Shown piece after piece: positions 51,837 through 64,000 of a stretch of 64,000 nt of DNA. The position numbers were made by a program, and so were the translations under genes. A model generated the notes under the pieces. It had not been told where the DNA came from and did no database searches. It worked only from the letters and a program-made list of their open reading frames with translations. This DNA is from Octopus vulgaris (Eukaryota): the NCBI GenBank assembly GCA_951406725.2, contig OX597815.1, positions 95,232,001 to 95,296,000 of the forward strand, given 5' to 3'. The number at the start of each line of letters is the position of its first letter. Within the stretch, counting starts at the first letter, position 1.

Positions 51837-54800
51837 TGTATGTATGTATGCATTTCATTATTCAGTCTATTTTAAAATGTCTTCCCAAAAGAGAAAGAAC
51901 CGGTCTCTAACCTAAATCCAAGGTTCCTTCGGTGGAATTTCAGCATCAACAACAGGGAATTTTTGTATGTGTGTATGTATGTATGTATGTATGTATGTAT
52001 GTATGTATGTATGTATGTACGATTGCATTCATGTATGTATGTAGGTATATGTGTAGATTTGAATGTTTTATGTATGTATACTCACGCATAGAGTTACATA
52101 TCTAGACATGCTCATATATATTTAAATGATAAACTTTTTACAGATTTTTACAGTTCCAGTGATGGATTGGAACTGTAGTCTTCAAATTAGTTTCCCCCTT
52201 TCTGGTTTTAAGAAGCCTAATTTCTCAAGACTGGTATTTAAGCAGTGTGTTACATATCCCAGATCCACAATAATTACAGTTATAAACCTGAACTTGTAAT
52301 CTGGATAGAGTATCTGCAGATACATCTATAGTTCAGCAGAAGTTTCTCTTTTTCACTGACCTTCAGCTTTATGTTAACATCTGCTGGGCAGTTAATTTCT
52401 ACAACTGTTCACAGTTTCTCTTCTCTATCCCAAATCATTGTATCAGGTTTGTTGTGCGTACATCTTACAGAGGTCTTCACTGGTACGTTCCACCAGTATT
52501 CCTTTTTATTATGAGTGGCTATGGCTTCTACCATATTGTGGGTTCTTATTTGTGAGTCCTCGGGATTATCCTTCCAATGGATTTCATTATAGAGTGTCCT
52601 AGCTACAACGTCATGTCTCATGGGTAGATAATACCGTGATGACATTTTCGAACAACTGCTTATGATGTGGGTGATATATTCAGTGTGAACTCCACAAAGA
52701 CTGCATCGGTTGTCACATTGTACGGATTCTCCGACATCTCTATCCCTTTTGTGCCTCAGTTACTTGGTTGATATTTCCTGTTCCTGAATTACAAACGCAT
52801 ACACCTCAAAGTGGGTGGCAATTATCCGGCTATTCCTTCATGATAAATTGCTTTGATGATTGATTTTACTATCATCAAGGAGCTTTCTAGTAACAATCTT
52901 CTGCTCATATAGCCTCACCCTTTCATCTGACGATGTGTTGCAATAGAGTTGTGCGACTTCCTTGGACATGTATTCTAGGTTATCAGACAAAGAGTGTTGC
53001 TCAAGGAGCTGCCTTATGATGTTATCAGCTTCATGTATGCAAACTTGGTCAAATGATGCACGTCAACGCTTGGTGGTTAAACGATGTTGCCGAAAGGATA
53101 AAATGCGACATTCAAAGGCATGTTAAGCCTCTGCCGACTTGTTTACGTTTCAGGTACAGGCAGTCAACATCATTGTTTCTGTGGAAATTATGTGTGCTTG
53201 TTAGTATTTTTCAGGTTTTCCCATCAATGGCTCGGATCTCATCAAGCGTCCAACCTAGCAGTCCAGAAGTTGGCATGAGTACTGGCACTGCAAACACATT
53301 GTGGTTCACTGTTTTATTGAATGTAGAGAGTTCTGAAGTCCAAATTTTCTTTATTCGGCTGTAATATTATTTAGTGACGCGTGTTTTGTTACACGCGCCA
53401 TTGTAAGATATATTTTCATCCACACCTAGATACCTAGATACCTGTAACATTCCTCGCCAGATACAGAGGAAACAGTCAAATCATTGGCGGAGATGCTACT
53501 AGTGTGGCTTATAGGTTTTTCCCCTGTTCAAACCATAACAATATTTTCTTGACCAAATTCCAAACCTACATCCTTTGAGAATGTTGTAACAAGGTTCATA
53601 TCATCCATATCATCCATATCATTCATATCATGAACTTTTCAGTCATTCACATAGGAACAGTTTATAATTTTGGTATTTCTGTTTCCTTGTGAACCAGTGA
53701 GATACCTTTCAGACTTCCTTAACATGTATAACAAGGAGTTTACTGAAAGTATAAACAACATCAGAGAATCTCCTTGGAATATGCCTTTGTGATATTGAAT
53801 TCTATCGGTGATAATACAGTTACTCTTTGTGTTTAATTTCAAGATGGTGGCTCACGATAAAATCAGGTCAACTATGGCTTTGACTATTCTCACTGGAACT
53901 TTAGCAGGTTGAAGGGCCTCTAGCATCCATGAGTAGGGAAGAGAGTCAAAGGCTTTCGTGAAATCTAACCACATTGAAACTATGTTCCTTCTATGCTCTC
54001 GCACCTCTGACATCATAGTTTTGTTGATTAGCAATTTCTCGATACATTCCCAGACTCCCTTCTTCCTATCTGCCCGTTCTGCTGTGATAACGTCTTTGGT
54101 TTCACAATAGTCTTGGAGGAAGGGGTTTAAACATGCTGTATATAACATATACATAAAGTTCTGTCATGTAATTCGCCGGTAACGTTTGCCATATAGGTGG
54201 TTCTGCATTTGGGAATAAATTTTGTCTGCCAGAGCTAGCCAGTGTAGTATGCTACTGTTCCCAATGAAAGTTTGCTGGTACAGATTGATAAAGTATGGTC
54301 GGTAGAATGCTAGATTCTTATGCTATAATATCCAACAATCAAGTCCCTTCCAGGTGCTTTTCCATCCTGGAGTTTCTAGATCACAATGGCAAGAGTTTCA
54401 CCATCGATGTTGTATGTCTTGGATGTAACGCAGAAGCAATAACTTTTTGGTTAAATTCCTTCTGTTCATTCCAGATTTTCCCCCAGAAGGAGTCTATATC
54501 TTCTGGTGATGCAGCGTTCGTGATATTTATTGATCCTCCTCTCATGTCTCTATATACTACTGCCTGGTTGCGTTTAAATATTTTGTTTATTGTTCTTCTC
54601 TCGGTTATTCACTTCTGATGACGAAGTTTATAACTGACAGCTTTTAGCTCTTGCTTTAGGGCAATCAGTCTGCAAGTGAGTGTCCCCTTGTTGCTGTCTC
54701 CAAACATTATTTCTATCTCCTTCTTTACTTTCTGTTGGTGGAACGTATAGAGATTTGCTTGTTTGCATGCAATAAGCATCTTTACATGACTGATGGTCTT

Positions 54801-55196
54801 CCGTAAACCAGTTATCTTGTTTTCTGTCTTCAAAACACATATTGGTACTTTCTTTGTTATTTCGGTTATATCATTCATGTACTGTTTCACAGTAGTAGCC
54901 AGCTCTTGTAGACAGGCGTTAATCTGCAAGTATGTGTGTTCATCACACTGCTGTAAATACTCATCAAAAATTTCGTTAACATCTTTTCATACCGTATCAG
55001 GTGGTTTTTCACTTACTTTGGTAGAGAATTATCTCTCCTCGAGTGAGACCTTCAAAGCCAAAGTTATTTTTTCTAGAAATATTTCACTAAGGGTACATTC
55101 CACCGGCATATAATCCTGACTACCACCACCAAAACCACCACCACCATCACCACCACCACCACCACCACCACCACCACCACCACCACCACCACCACC

Positions 55197-55270
<74 letters not shown>

Positions 55271-55760
55271 AGGCACTATGGAATGAGTTGGAATTTAATA
55301 AAGTTACAGTTACTAACCTTCCCTCTATGTCCTACAAATGTTGCTTTTTGGCATTGTTGCTTCGCTGTAAAATCCTTTAATTCTGGATGCAGATCGTCCC
55401 AATATGATTTCAGTGGATACATATAGCCAGAATTGGGGGTTTGTTTCGTTTCTTCGTAGCAGTTAAATAGATTATTATTCAATTCATAACTCCAAGAGAA
55501 ATGAGTTTTATAGTTACGGTTTCTTCTATAAGTACAACTAGAAATAATTTGTTTACCTGTTGAGCTGTTGTTTTCGTTCTGTTCCTCGATTGTATTGTTG
55601 ATGTTGTGTCCAGCCATGATGTTTGTAGTAACTCTCTGTATGGAGTATTCAAGTTTCATTCGAAAACTACGATCGTGAATAAAAGGCTCCTTCGGTAAAT
55701 TCATCTGACGATTAACCAGTTATTTCAAAAGGCTGATAGTTGTGGCTCGGATCTATTGCA
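51837..55760 (-). mobile_element. Near-full-length decayed R4/Dong-like LINE (N-terminal domain, RT, CCHC, RLE) with a (TACA)n tail
   Basis: WSYELNNNLFNCY..GYMYPLKSYWDDLHPE; WLDFTKAFDS; GIFQGDSL; SYVND; RHDVVAR..WWNVPV..NKPDTMIWD. The 5' boundary is approximate. Confidence 0.9.
55121..55270. repeat. (CAC)n-(TAC)n compound trinucleotide microsatellite inside the LINE ORF
   Basis: Read directly from the sequence; source of the poly-V ORF. Confidence 0.95.
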
Positions 55761-57519
55761 TCTCAATCATAGATTCTTTGATTAATTTTTGTTAACTAAA
55801 CAATTTGAAGCCTCGAATACTGGTAGAATTTCTCACATAGAACACGGATTACTCGGAACATTTTTAACAAAATTTTGTATTTTAGAAGTTATCTCGTATT
55901 AAAGTTATCGTATTTGGGTAATTCCAACCAATCAACTACGTGTATTCGGTTGAAGAAAGCTACTGCTGTTCACGATAGTAATCGAAAATGAACAAATTCC
56001 AGGTCATCTCTACTAAATGTTACCATTTTGTTCGAAGAATCAACACCTTCAAAGAATCAGCATCAAGAAAGAAGAAATATTATTTATATATATTTATTCT
56101 TTGTCCGACATCAGTGTTTTATCCACACACGAAGCGCGCCGGTGTTTAAAAGACCTATAGAGCAACGAATCTGCAGTTAGCTTTTTCGTTGTTGACGTAT
56201 ATGTAATTTCAAAATGCCTTATTTTACAACTATGAGATGTTTTGTTATTATCATGATTTTATCTTTATATAATAACAACGAAAACATTTCGTCGATATAA
56301 AATCCTTTTTTAGATTAAAAATACCATTATCACAACATGAAAGTTAAACAAGACAAATAGCGCCTTATACAACAGAAATACGGTAATTGTAGGGGTAGTG
56401 GCAAGTTCGCTCGCTGGCTGATAGTTGATGGTGTAGAAGGGAGAGAAAGAGTAAGGAATGCACGGTGCTGACGAGAAAGGAAGAAAGGGTACAGGTGGAA
56501 TCGCTGTGGTTACAAAGTTGGAGATAGTATTCATCGTATTTTCGATAGTCTCCCACGCCAAATACGCGAATTGTCACTTCGATGTTTATGTATGTATGTA
56601 TGTATGTTCTTATGTTCACATGTATGCATGTACGCATGTATGTATGTATGTATGTATGTACGTATGTGCGTATGGATGTATGGGAGAAATGTCTTCTTTT
56701 AAACATATTCGAAAACAATTCTTTAGTAAATTTCTTTCGTAATGGACGTTATATTTCGTTTCAAAAACTAACTCCTAAGTTCTCCCTTATCAACCTTTCC
56801 GGTCTATCACAGATTCCTTTTCATGATTTGGAGCAGTTTCGACTTCTAAATTGCAATTTATATGGTGCACAACTCATGCTTATGTAAAGTTTACCACCAA
56901 AATTCTATGCTTAAAGCCTTCATCACATTTGCCTTTTTGGTATGTAAAAGTTTGTTAATCGACATGTATTAGGATTTTAGTATTATTTGAAAATAATATT
57001 TCCATTTTGTTTTGCGTGTGGAATTCTATAAAGTATGGAAATATATTAGCAGATGTCTTCCTAATTTGTTTCTAGATGAAGGGTCTTGAAATTGCTCCTT
57101 GTTTTAGAAGCATGGTAAAACATTACGTGAAAGTGGTGCACTTTGTCGACAAATGTAACATTTGGAATAATGAATTACGTAAATTTCACATTTGCAGGCA
57201 CATTTATAAATCACTTTAAGCATTCTTAGGTTATACTTAGCTTTAGATGATGAGCGTGTCTTATTCACACTGTGATTTGCATCTTATTGTTTCAGGAATA
57301 CATTACTAGTAAAAGCTTATAGGCTAAAGAAACACATTTTGTATATCATTTTATGAAAATTTGTATTTTATGCTCCGCAGTACTGCACCTTGTAAACATT
57401 ATATTTATAGAGCACACGTCGTGTGCAATAAATACGTTCTTGGTGAGTAGTCTAAACTTTTTATTGAATTCAGCATATACACACATACATACATACATAC
57501 ATACATACATACATACATC

Positions 57520-57712
57520 GGCATTCGGCATGATATATCGCTAGCTACTACGCATTCTTTATTTTCTCTCCTTATTTCTTTCTGTGTTCCTTTCTGTGGA
57601 AGAGCATAGGCTGGAAACGTTTCAGTCTTTTTCACTTCACGAGTGTTATACTAATACATCTGTTTGTTGTCTAGACGACCTGTCTTCGTCTATTTATGTC
57701 GATTCTCCCTAC
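57520..57712 (+). mobile_element. Pseudo-LTR-like element with a decayed hammerhead motif (57589-57625)
   Basis: cctttCTGTGGAagagcataggctgGAAACGTt; homologous to 37203-37310, which keeps GAAACGTAaaagg. Confidence 0.6.
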
Positions 57713-57718
57713 ATATAT

Positions 57719-57877
57719 ATGGAGTGGCGTGTGGTAAGTAGCTTGCTAACCAACCACATGGTTCCGGGTTCAATCCCACTGCGTGGCATCTTGGGCAAGT
57801 GTCTTCTGCTATAGTCCCGGGCCGACCAATACATTGTGAATGGATTTGGTAGACGAAATTGAAAGAAGCCTGTCGTA

Positions 57878-57962
<85 letters not shown>

Positions 57963-58166
57963 TTGTGTGTCTGTGTTTGTCCCCCTAACATTGCTTGACA
58001 ACCGATGCTGGTGTGTTTACGTCGCCGTCACTTAGCGGTTCGGCAAAAGAGACCGATAGAATAAGTACTGGGCTTACAAAGAATAAGTCTCGGGGGCGAT
58101 TTGCTCGACTAAAGGCGGTGCTCCAGCATGGCTGCAGTCAAATGACTGAAACAAGTAAATGAGTAA

Positions 58167-58168
<2 letters not shown>
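57719..58168 (+). mobile_element. Full-length SINE family B
   Basis: A-box TGGCGTGTGGTAAG, B-box GGTTCAATCCC, internal (TA)n(TG)n, tail tgactgaaacaagtaaa. Confidence 0.93.
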
Positions 58169-58262
<94 letters not shown>

Positions 58263-59343
58263 GGTGCTGCATACCGTATTACAATACAATATCTAAATCA
58301 GTAAGACTCTTACGTAATATAGGAAATAACTTTTGCAAAGCATATTACATTTGTTTTATATTTATTGCAAGATAACAAAATTGCACCCTCGTTCCATTTC
58401 TCAATATAAAACGTGTTACATTTGGAACAGAAACTCGGTCTGATATAGAGTTTGAGAAACTAAAGTCACTAGAGGCAGTCGGTTGGCAATATTTCAATAA
58501 ACTACGATGTGTAACAACATGCAATCATATCATAAAACAATAAGTCACTTTAACTTATATTAATATACTGAGAACTTTTGCTAACATTGTAAATGGTAAA
58601 GTGTCATTAAGGGTTTACTATATCACAATAGAATTTATAAGAGGAAATGGTTACATGCAACTGTAACTGGCAAAACTAAATTTACCTCTATTAGGATAAA
58701 CAATTTTAATTTATATAATTACTATCAATTTATATTAGAATATTGAATTTACGATTGTATAATATGATGGAAATTTATATTGCTTCTGTGGAGGGAAAGT
58801 TTAATCTCCCATTACACAATTGTATTCGCTAGTTTGGCAACATTTCTACATAATACGTATTTAATTGTTTCCAAAGATATTATCCATGTTGCTTTAGTAA
58901 TAATACTGCATTCTCGAATGTTCCTCTAATGTTTTCCTTTAGAAGTTTAAATTTAATTATATAATATATCTATAGGACGAATATATCATCATAAATCCCA
59001 AACCATTAAGATTAGAGATCTTAACAAATGTTGCTGAGTTTCTTCGATTTTTGATTTGTGTTTACCATTCTTCCACTTAAACATTGCTTAATATACAAAT
59101 ATAGAAATTTATCTCAGAACGTTCTATTTCATAGTTGGATCTTTTTGTCAGTTTGAACGATGAAGTTTCAAAGGAGTGAGATGTAGTCATTTTCAAGCAT
59201 TGGATGTGGTTTGTGTTCCCAAGCATTTTGTTCGGCGTGCACACGATTTTGCTATTTCTTTGCCTCAAAAGTGATAAGAATAATAAGTGTCCTTGCTGCT
59301 GGTGATGAGAGGCATGATGGTAATATCATTAATATCAATAGCG

Positions 59344-59362
59344 TTATTATTATTATTATTAC

Positions 59363-59459
<97 letters not shown>
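59344..59459. repeat. (TTA)n microsatellite anchoring the R4/Dong cluster
   Basis: Read directly from the sequence. Confidence 0.95.
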
Positions 59460-59695
59460 GTGAAAGACTCTCGGACAGTTCTTAATTACCGGTTATTCTT
59501 TTCTTGAAAGCAGGCAATAACAAATCGCCAAAGGTTTGAAGTAGTGCATTCTCCTGCTTCTGAAGAAGACAATACGCTCCTTAGAATGCAAGCTATACAC
59601 ATTAATGCTTTCGTCTGGAAAACGTGGAGCCTAATAGCAGCTCTAGTATTATCATCTGTTTTTTAAAGCCTTTGGAAACTGCTCCTAATGCTCCT
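59460..59695 (-). mobile_element. Old 3' fragment of an R4/Dong-like LINE
   Basis: Minus frame GALGAVSKGFKK; ends at (TAA)n. Confidence 0.55.
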
Positions 59696-60840
59696 TATTC
59701 AGTACTTTTATTTTTTATCACGTGCTTTCACCGCATTACCGAGCGCAGGTATGTGCTGTGGTTTTTTGTGATGCTCTTATTTTTACCGTATTGAAAGTGT
59801 TTGATGTAGGATGCTTGCGGTGTCAGGCTTTTGCTATTTTTATAATATTATATTTACTTGTAAGTCCTGGTGTTTTTTCTTTATATATTCGCCTGAACCT
59901 TCTTTTGTATCATACCTAATGCGCCTACTCTAATAGGATTTCTTTCTGTTTTCAGATTCCACATTCAAGTTACATTTAATTCTTTGCTTTTCTGTTTTGA
60001 TAGTTTCTCCGCTTCTTTTAGAGAAACATTGTTATCTATTGGTATCGATACATTGATCAGAAACTATTTTTCTTAACGATCTCTGACAACTATTGGGCTT
60101 AATTTCTCTGTGCGTATTGGTATATCCATTGTATGGATGCTTTCCTATTTTCTGTGACCTTTTCTGGCGTGTGCGTATACCATATTTTTCTATCATTATT
60201 CCATAGTGTTGGCCTAGCTTCCAGTGTGTATATACTCCAATTCTGTGAATATATTCCTTCTTAGCCAGGTCTGGTTGATAAGATTTAGTATTTCTTCTCC
60301 ATATCTACATATTCTGCAGTTACCTTTATATCTTTTCAGTACATGTTTTTGGAAATTTCTGGTGGGGGAGTCTTTGGTCTTATGCTGCAAGTAATATCCT
60401 TCAGTCTCTGCTTTGAGTCTTGAGCCTCTCAGCCATTTTTGGAGCTTTGTTTTGTTTATCGCATTTCTGTACAGTTTAAACCAGTATTTGCCATGATTCC
60501 TAAATATTTGTGTTTCTGGCTTTGGTCTAATTCTCTTATTTCATTTGCTTTATTTAGTGTGATGTTGTTATTCTTAATAAGGTTTCCTCTTTTCAAGTTT
60601 CATTTGGAACATTTTTCTAAGCCAAATTTCATGTTTATTTCTTTGATAAATCCATGTACTGCATGTACTAATGATTCCAGCTGTTTATCATTTGTAGCGT
60701 ACAGTTTTAGATCAACCATATATAAGTGGTGGCGAATTGATTTGCCGTATCAGTTGAATCCACATCGATTTCTGTTTAGCATGTCAGATAAAGGTGTCAA
60801 TGCCAACCAGAAAAGGAGTGGAGAGAGTATGTCGCCTTAG
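59696..60840 (-). mobile_element. Decayed, internally deleted Dong-like copy
   Basis: GDILSPLLFWLALTPLS..LYMVDLKLYA; the 3' end is homologous to 61813-62386. Confidence 0.85.
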
Positions 60841-60864
60841 AATATTATTATTATATGTTTGACC

Positions 60865-61150
60865 TATTATTATTATATGCTTTGTATTTGCACAAGGTGG
60901 TTCCAAGTCTCACCCAGAGACCTCAAGAGAGAAGTTAGAAGTTCATATTGGTGTTACATCTGGGTGTCATATATTTGGTTTTGCACGTAGTATTGTTCTA
61001 GAGAATGTATAAGAAAACATAAAAAACTAATTTACGTAGAATATAGGCCGTTCCCATGAGCAAAATCTTTTGCATTTCTGCCATTTTGGGATTTCCTGGT
61101 ATCTGAGCTAGATAGCAACCAGCTTCTTTTGCTATCATTCCTACCTTATA
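60865..61150 (-). mobile_element. 3' fragment of a different R4/Dong-like subfamily
   Basis: GMIAKEAGCYLAQIPGNPKMAEMQKILLMGTAYILRKL; short TAA tail at 60865-60876. Confidence 0.8.
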
Positions 61151-61267
61151 TATGGATTATCTAAAACTGCACGGTACAAATGATAAACAGCTGGAAACCA
61201 TCATCATCATCATCATCATCTTCATCATCATCATCATCATGATTATTATTATTATTTTCATTATTAT

Positions 61268-61779
61268 TGAGTGAGAGAGCAGTGCATGCCATCAAAGTGA
61301 CACTGGGGTAAAGTATACGAAGCCCAGTATACCCATCATGACTTCTCATCTGATAAGGGTACACTAGGCACATGCATCACAACCATATGTGCGCGACATT
61401 GTGATCTCATATCAAGATAAACAGCACATGACCTTGCATGTGGGGCCCAGTAAGAATTTTCTTCTGGTCGGTTAACCCATTCTGCTCAATAGGGCCCTAA
61501 ATAGGGGTTGTTTAAGGATGTTGAACGAAACAGCTATGTGAATTATTCAAACTCCAAAGAATCCCTCTCAACACATGGCTATGATGCTCCCCCACTACTT
61601 CTGATCGTGATCAGAGATGCACATATCGTCAGCCACTAAGAGACATGCTCAAAAGGTTAAGATCAAACAACTGAAAAGCAAATCTGTGGTATTGAGCAAA
61701 ATATTTGCTGTAGGCCATCTTTTATATCAAGACAAAACAATGTACATAATACCACTTCCAATCAGTTAAGATTAGAAGC

Positions 61780-61780
<1 letters not shown>
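61268..61780 (-). mobile_element. Apparently non-coding 510-bp unit flanked by (TAA)n on both sides
   Basis: Sharp boundaries against TTA repeats at both ends; no recognisable ORF. Strand is inferred from its neighbours. Confidence 0.5.
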
Positions 61781-61812
<32 letters not shown>

Positions 61813-61813
<1 letters not shown>

Positions 61814-62386
61814 TCAGTAGTTTTATTTTTATAGCGTGCTTTCACTTCACTACCGAGCGCAGCTCTGTGTGCCTTGGGTATGTGCTGTGATTTGTTGTGA
61901 TGCTCTGATGGTCATTGTATGGAAAGTGTTCTGCGTAGGATGTGTGCAGTGCCCAGTAGTGCAATTTTCTGTATGTTATATGTGTTTGTAAGTCCTGGTG
62001 TTTTTGTTATGTATTTGTCTGAATATTTTTTATCATGCCTAATGCACCTACTATGATAGGAATTGTTTCTGTTTTCAGATTCCACATTCTAGTTACCTCT
62101 ATTTCCAGGTCTTTGTATTTTGAGAGTTTCTCCATTTCTTTTAGAGACACGTTGTCATCTGCCGGTATTGATACATCAATTAGAAAGCATTTTTTTCTTC
62201 ATGATCTCTGGCAACTATATCTGGTCTGTTGGCCTTAATTTCTCTATCTGTGTGTATCGGCATATCCCAGAGTATGGTTGCTTTCTCGTTTTCTGTGACC
62301 TTTTCTGGTGTGTGCCTATACCATCTTTTTTCTGTTGTTATTCCATAATGTTGGCATAGCTTCCAATGTATGTAGGTTCCAACTCT
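61813..62386 (-). mobile_element. 5'-truncated Dong-like copy (RLE domain plus 3' UTR)
   Basis: Near-identical to 62400-62960; TAA repeats at both ends. Confidence 0.92.
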
Positions 62387-62399
62387 ATTATTATTATTA

Positions 62400-64000
62400 T
62401 TCAGTAGTTTTATTTTTATAGCGTGTTTTCACTTCACTACCGAGCACAGCTCTGTGTGCCTTGGGTATGTGCTGTGATTTGTTGTGATGCTCTCATGGTT
62501 ATTGTATGGAAAGTGTTCTGCGTAGGATGTGTGCAGTGCCTAGTAGTGCAATTTTCTTTATGTTATATGTGTTTGTAAGTCCTGGTGTTTTTGTTATGTA
62601 TTTGTCTGAATATTTTTTTATCATGCCTAATGCACCTACTATGATAGGAATTGTTTCTGTTTTCAGATTCCACATTCTAGTTACCTCTATTTCCAGGTCT
62701 TTGTATTTTGAGAGTTTCTCCATTTCTTTTAGAGACACGTTGTCATCAGCCGGTATTGATACATCAATTAGAAAGCATTTTTTTTCTTCATGATCTCTGA
62801 CAACTCTATCTGGTCTGTTGGCCTTAATTTCTCTATCTGTGTGTATAGGCATATCCCAGAGTATGGTTGCTTTCTCGTTTTCTGTGACCTTTTCTGGTGT
62901 GTGCCTGTACCATCTTTTTTCTGTTGTTATTCCATAATGTTGGCATAGCTTCCAACTCTGTCATGTCTGTGAATATATTCCTTCTTAGCCAAGACTGGGC
63001 AGCTAGAGATAATATGATTTATTGTTTCTTGTCCATCTCCACATATTCTGCAGTTACTTGTAATATTTCTTTTCATTACATGTTTTTGGTAATTTCTGGT
63101 GGGGAGGCTTTGGTCTTGTGCTGCAATTAAAAATCCCTCTGTTTCTGCTTTGAGTCCTGAGCTTCTCAACCATTGCTGGGATTTTTCTTTGTCTATTTCT
63201 TTTGCGTTTAGTTTAGTCCAGTATTTACCATGAAGGGGCTTTTCTTGCCATCGTTTTATCATGGTTCGTTGCTGTTCTATTTTTAGTTTGGATTCCATTT
63301 GTTTTATAGCTTTTGTTGTTTCTTCATCTTCTTCTTCTTCTTCTTCTTCATGTTTATTAGGTGGTATGATTTCTTGTTTGTATTTGTCAGCTTCCTTAAA
63401 TACTGAGAACAGTTTTTTGTTTTGCTCGTGTTTTGCCGCTATCTGGATCAGTTTTCCTTCCTTCCGAAGTAGATATTTTTGCATTCCTATGGTGGTTATT
63501 TTATAGTAGTTTTCCAGCTGTATAAGGCCTCTACCACCTTCTATACGTTGTATATATAGTCTTTCTATGTCAGATTTTGGGTGATGCATCCTAGATCCTG
63601 TCATTATTTTTCTTGTTTTCCTATCTATTTTGGTCAGTTCATTTCGTGTCCAGTTAAGGATATTGTTGCTGTAACTTAATAACTGGGACAGCTAAAGTGT
63701 TGATACCTATTATCTTGTTTTTAGCATTGAGCTCTGTGTTTAGTATTGATCTAACTCGTCTATAATATTCTTTTTTTACTTTCTCTTTCATTTGTGTGTG
63801 TTGTGTCTTATCTAGTTCATGGATTCCTAAGTATTTGTAAGTTTGGCTTTGGTCTAATTCTTTTATTTCATTGGTTTTATCTAGTGTGATGTTGTTACTC
63901 TTAACTAGTTTTCCTCTTTTCATGGTTACTTTGGCGCATTTTTCTAATCCAAATTTCATATCTATTTCTTTGGTAAATCCATGAACTGTCTTTAATAGTG
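62400..64000 (-). mobile_element. Young Dong-like (R4 clade) LINE running off the window end: RT C-terminus, CCHC and RLE, frameshifted
   Basis: MKFGLEKCA..YKYLG; EGGRGL; ETEGFLIAAQDQ; CRICGDGQETINHIISSC; RHD; NRPD..LIDVSIP..KLSKYKDL..PIIVGALG. Confidence 0.95.

Noticed and set aside
55073-59507. Poly-V and poly-I ORFs here, and YI/CV/HT-repeat ORFs throughout the window
   Set aside because: They are translations of microsatellites.

Overview
AT-rich, microsatellite-dense eukaryotic DNA. The SINE, LINE and Penelope families look like those of an Octopus (coleoid cephalopod) genome; this is inferred from repeat recognition, not from a database search. No host gene can be called with confidence, and almost all ORFs in the track are microsatellite or antisense artefacts. 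The window is a transposable-element graveyard. It holds a young, 5'-truncated CR1/L2-group LINE (APE+RT, 8.3-11.35 kb) nested inside an older R4/Dong-like RLE LINE; a near-full-length decayed R4-like LINE (51.8-55.8 kb); a stack of six (TAA)n-anchored units at 59.3-64 kb; an internally deleted Helitron with both ends; Tc1/mariner remnants; Penelope RT/GIY-YIG remnants; and many tRNA-derived SINEs. The most interesting signal is a set of short non-coding elements embedded in or beside (TA)n tracts, some palindromic, from at least three sequence-unrelated families. Each folds into a minimal type I hammerhead ribozyme with a palindromic stem III and a different single non-canonical core nucleotide (12.5 kb, 19.6 kb, 37.3/57.6 kb). 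They are consistent with Penelope pseudo-LTR or retrozyme-like non-autonomous elements.
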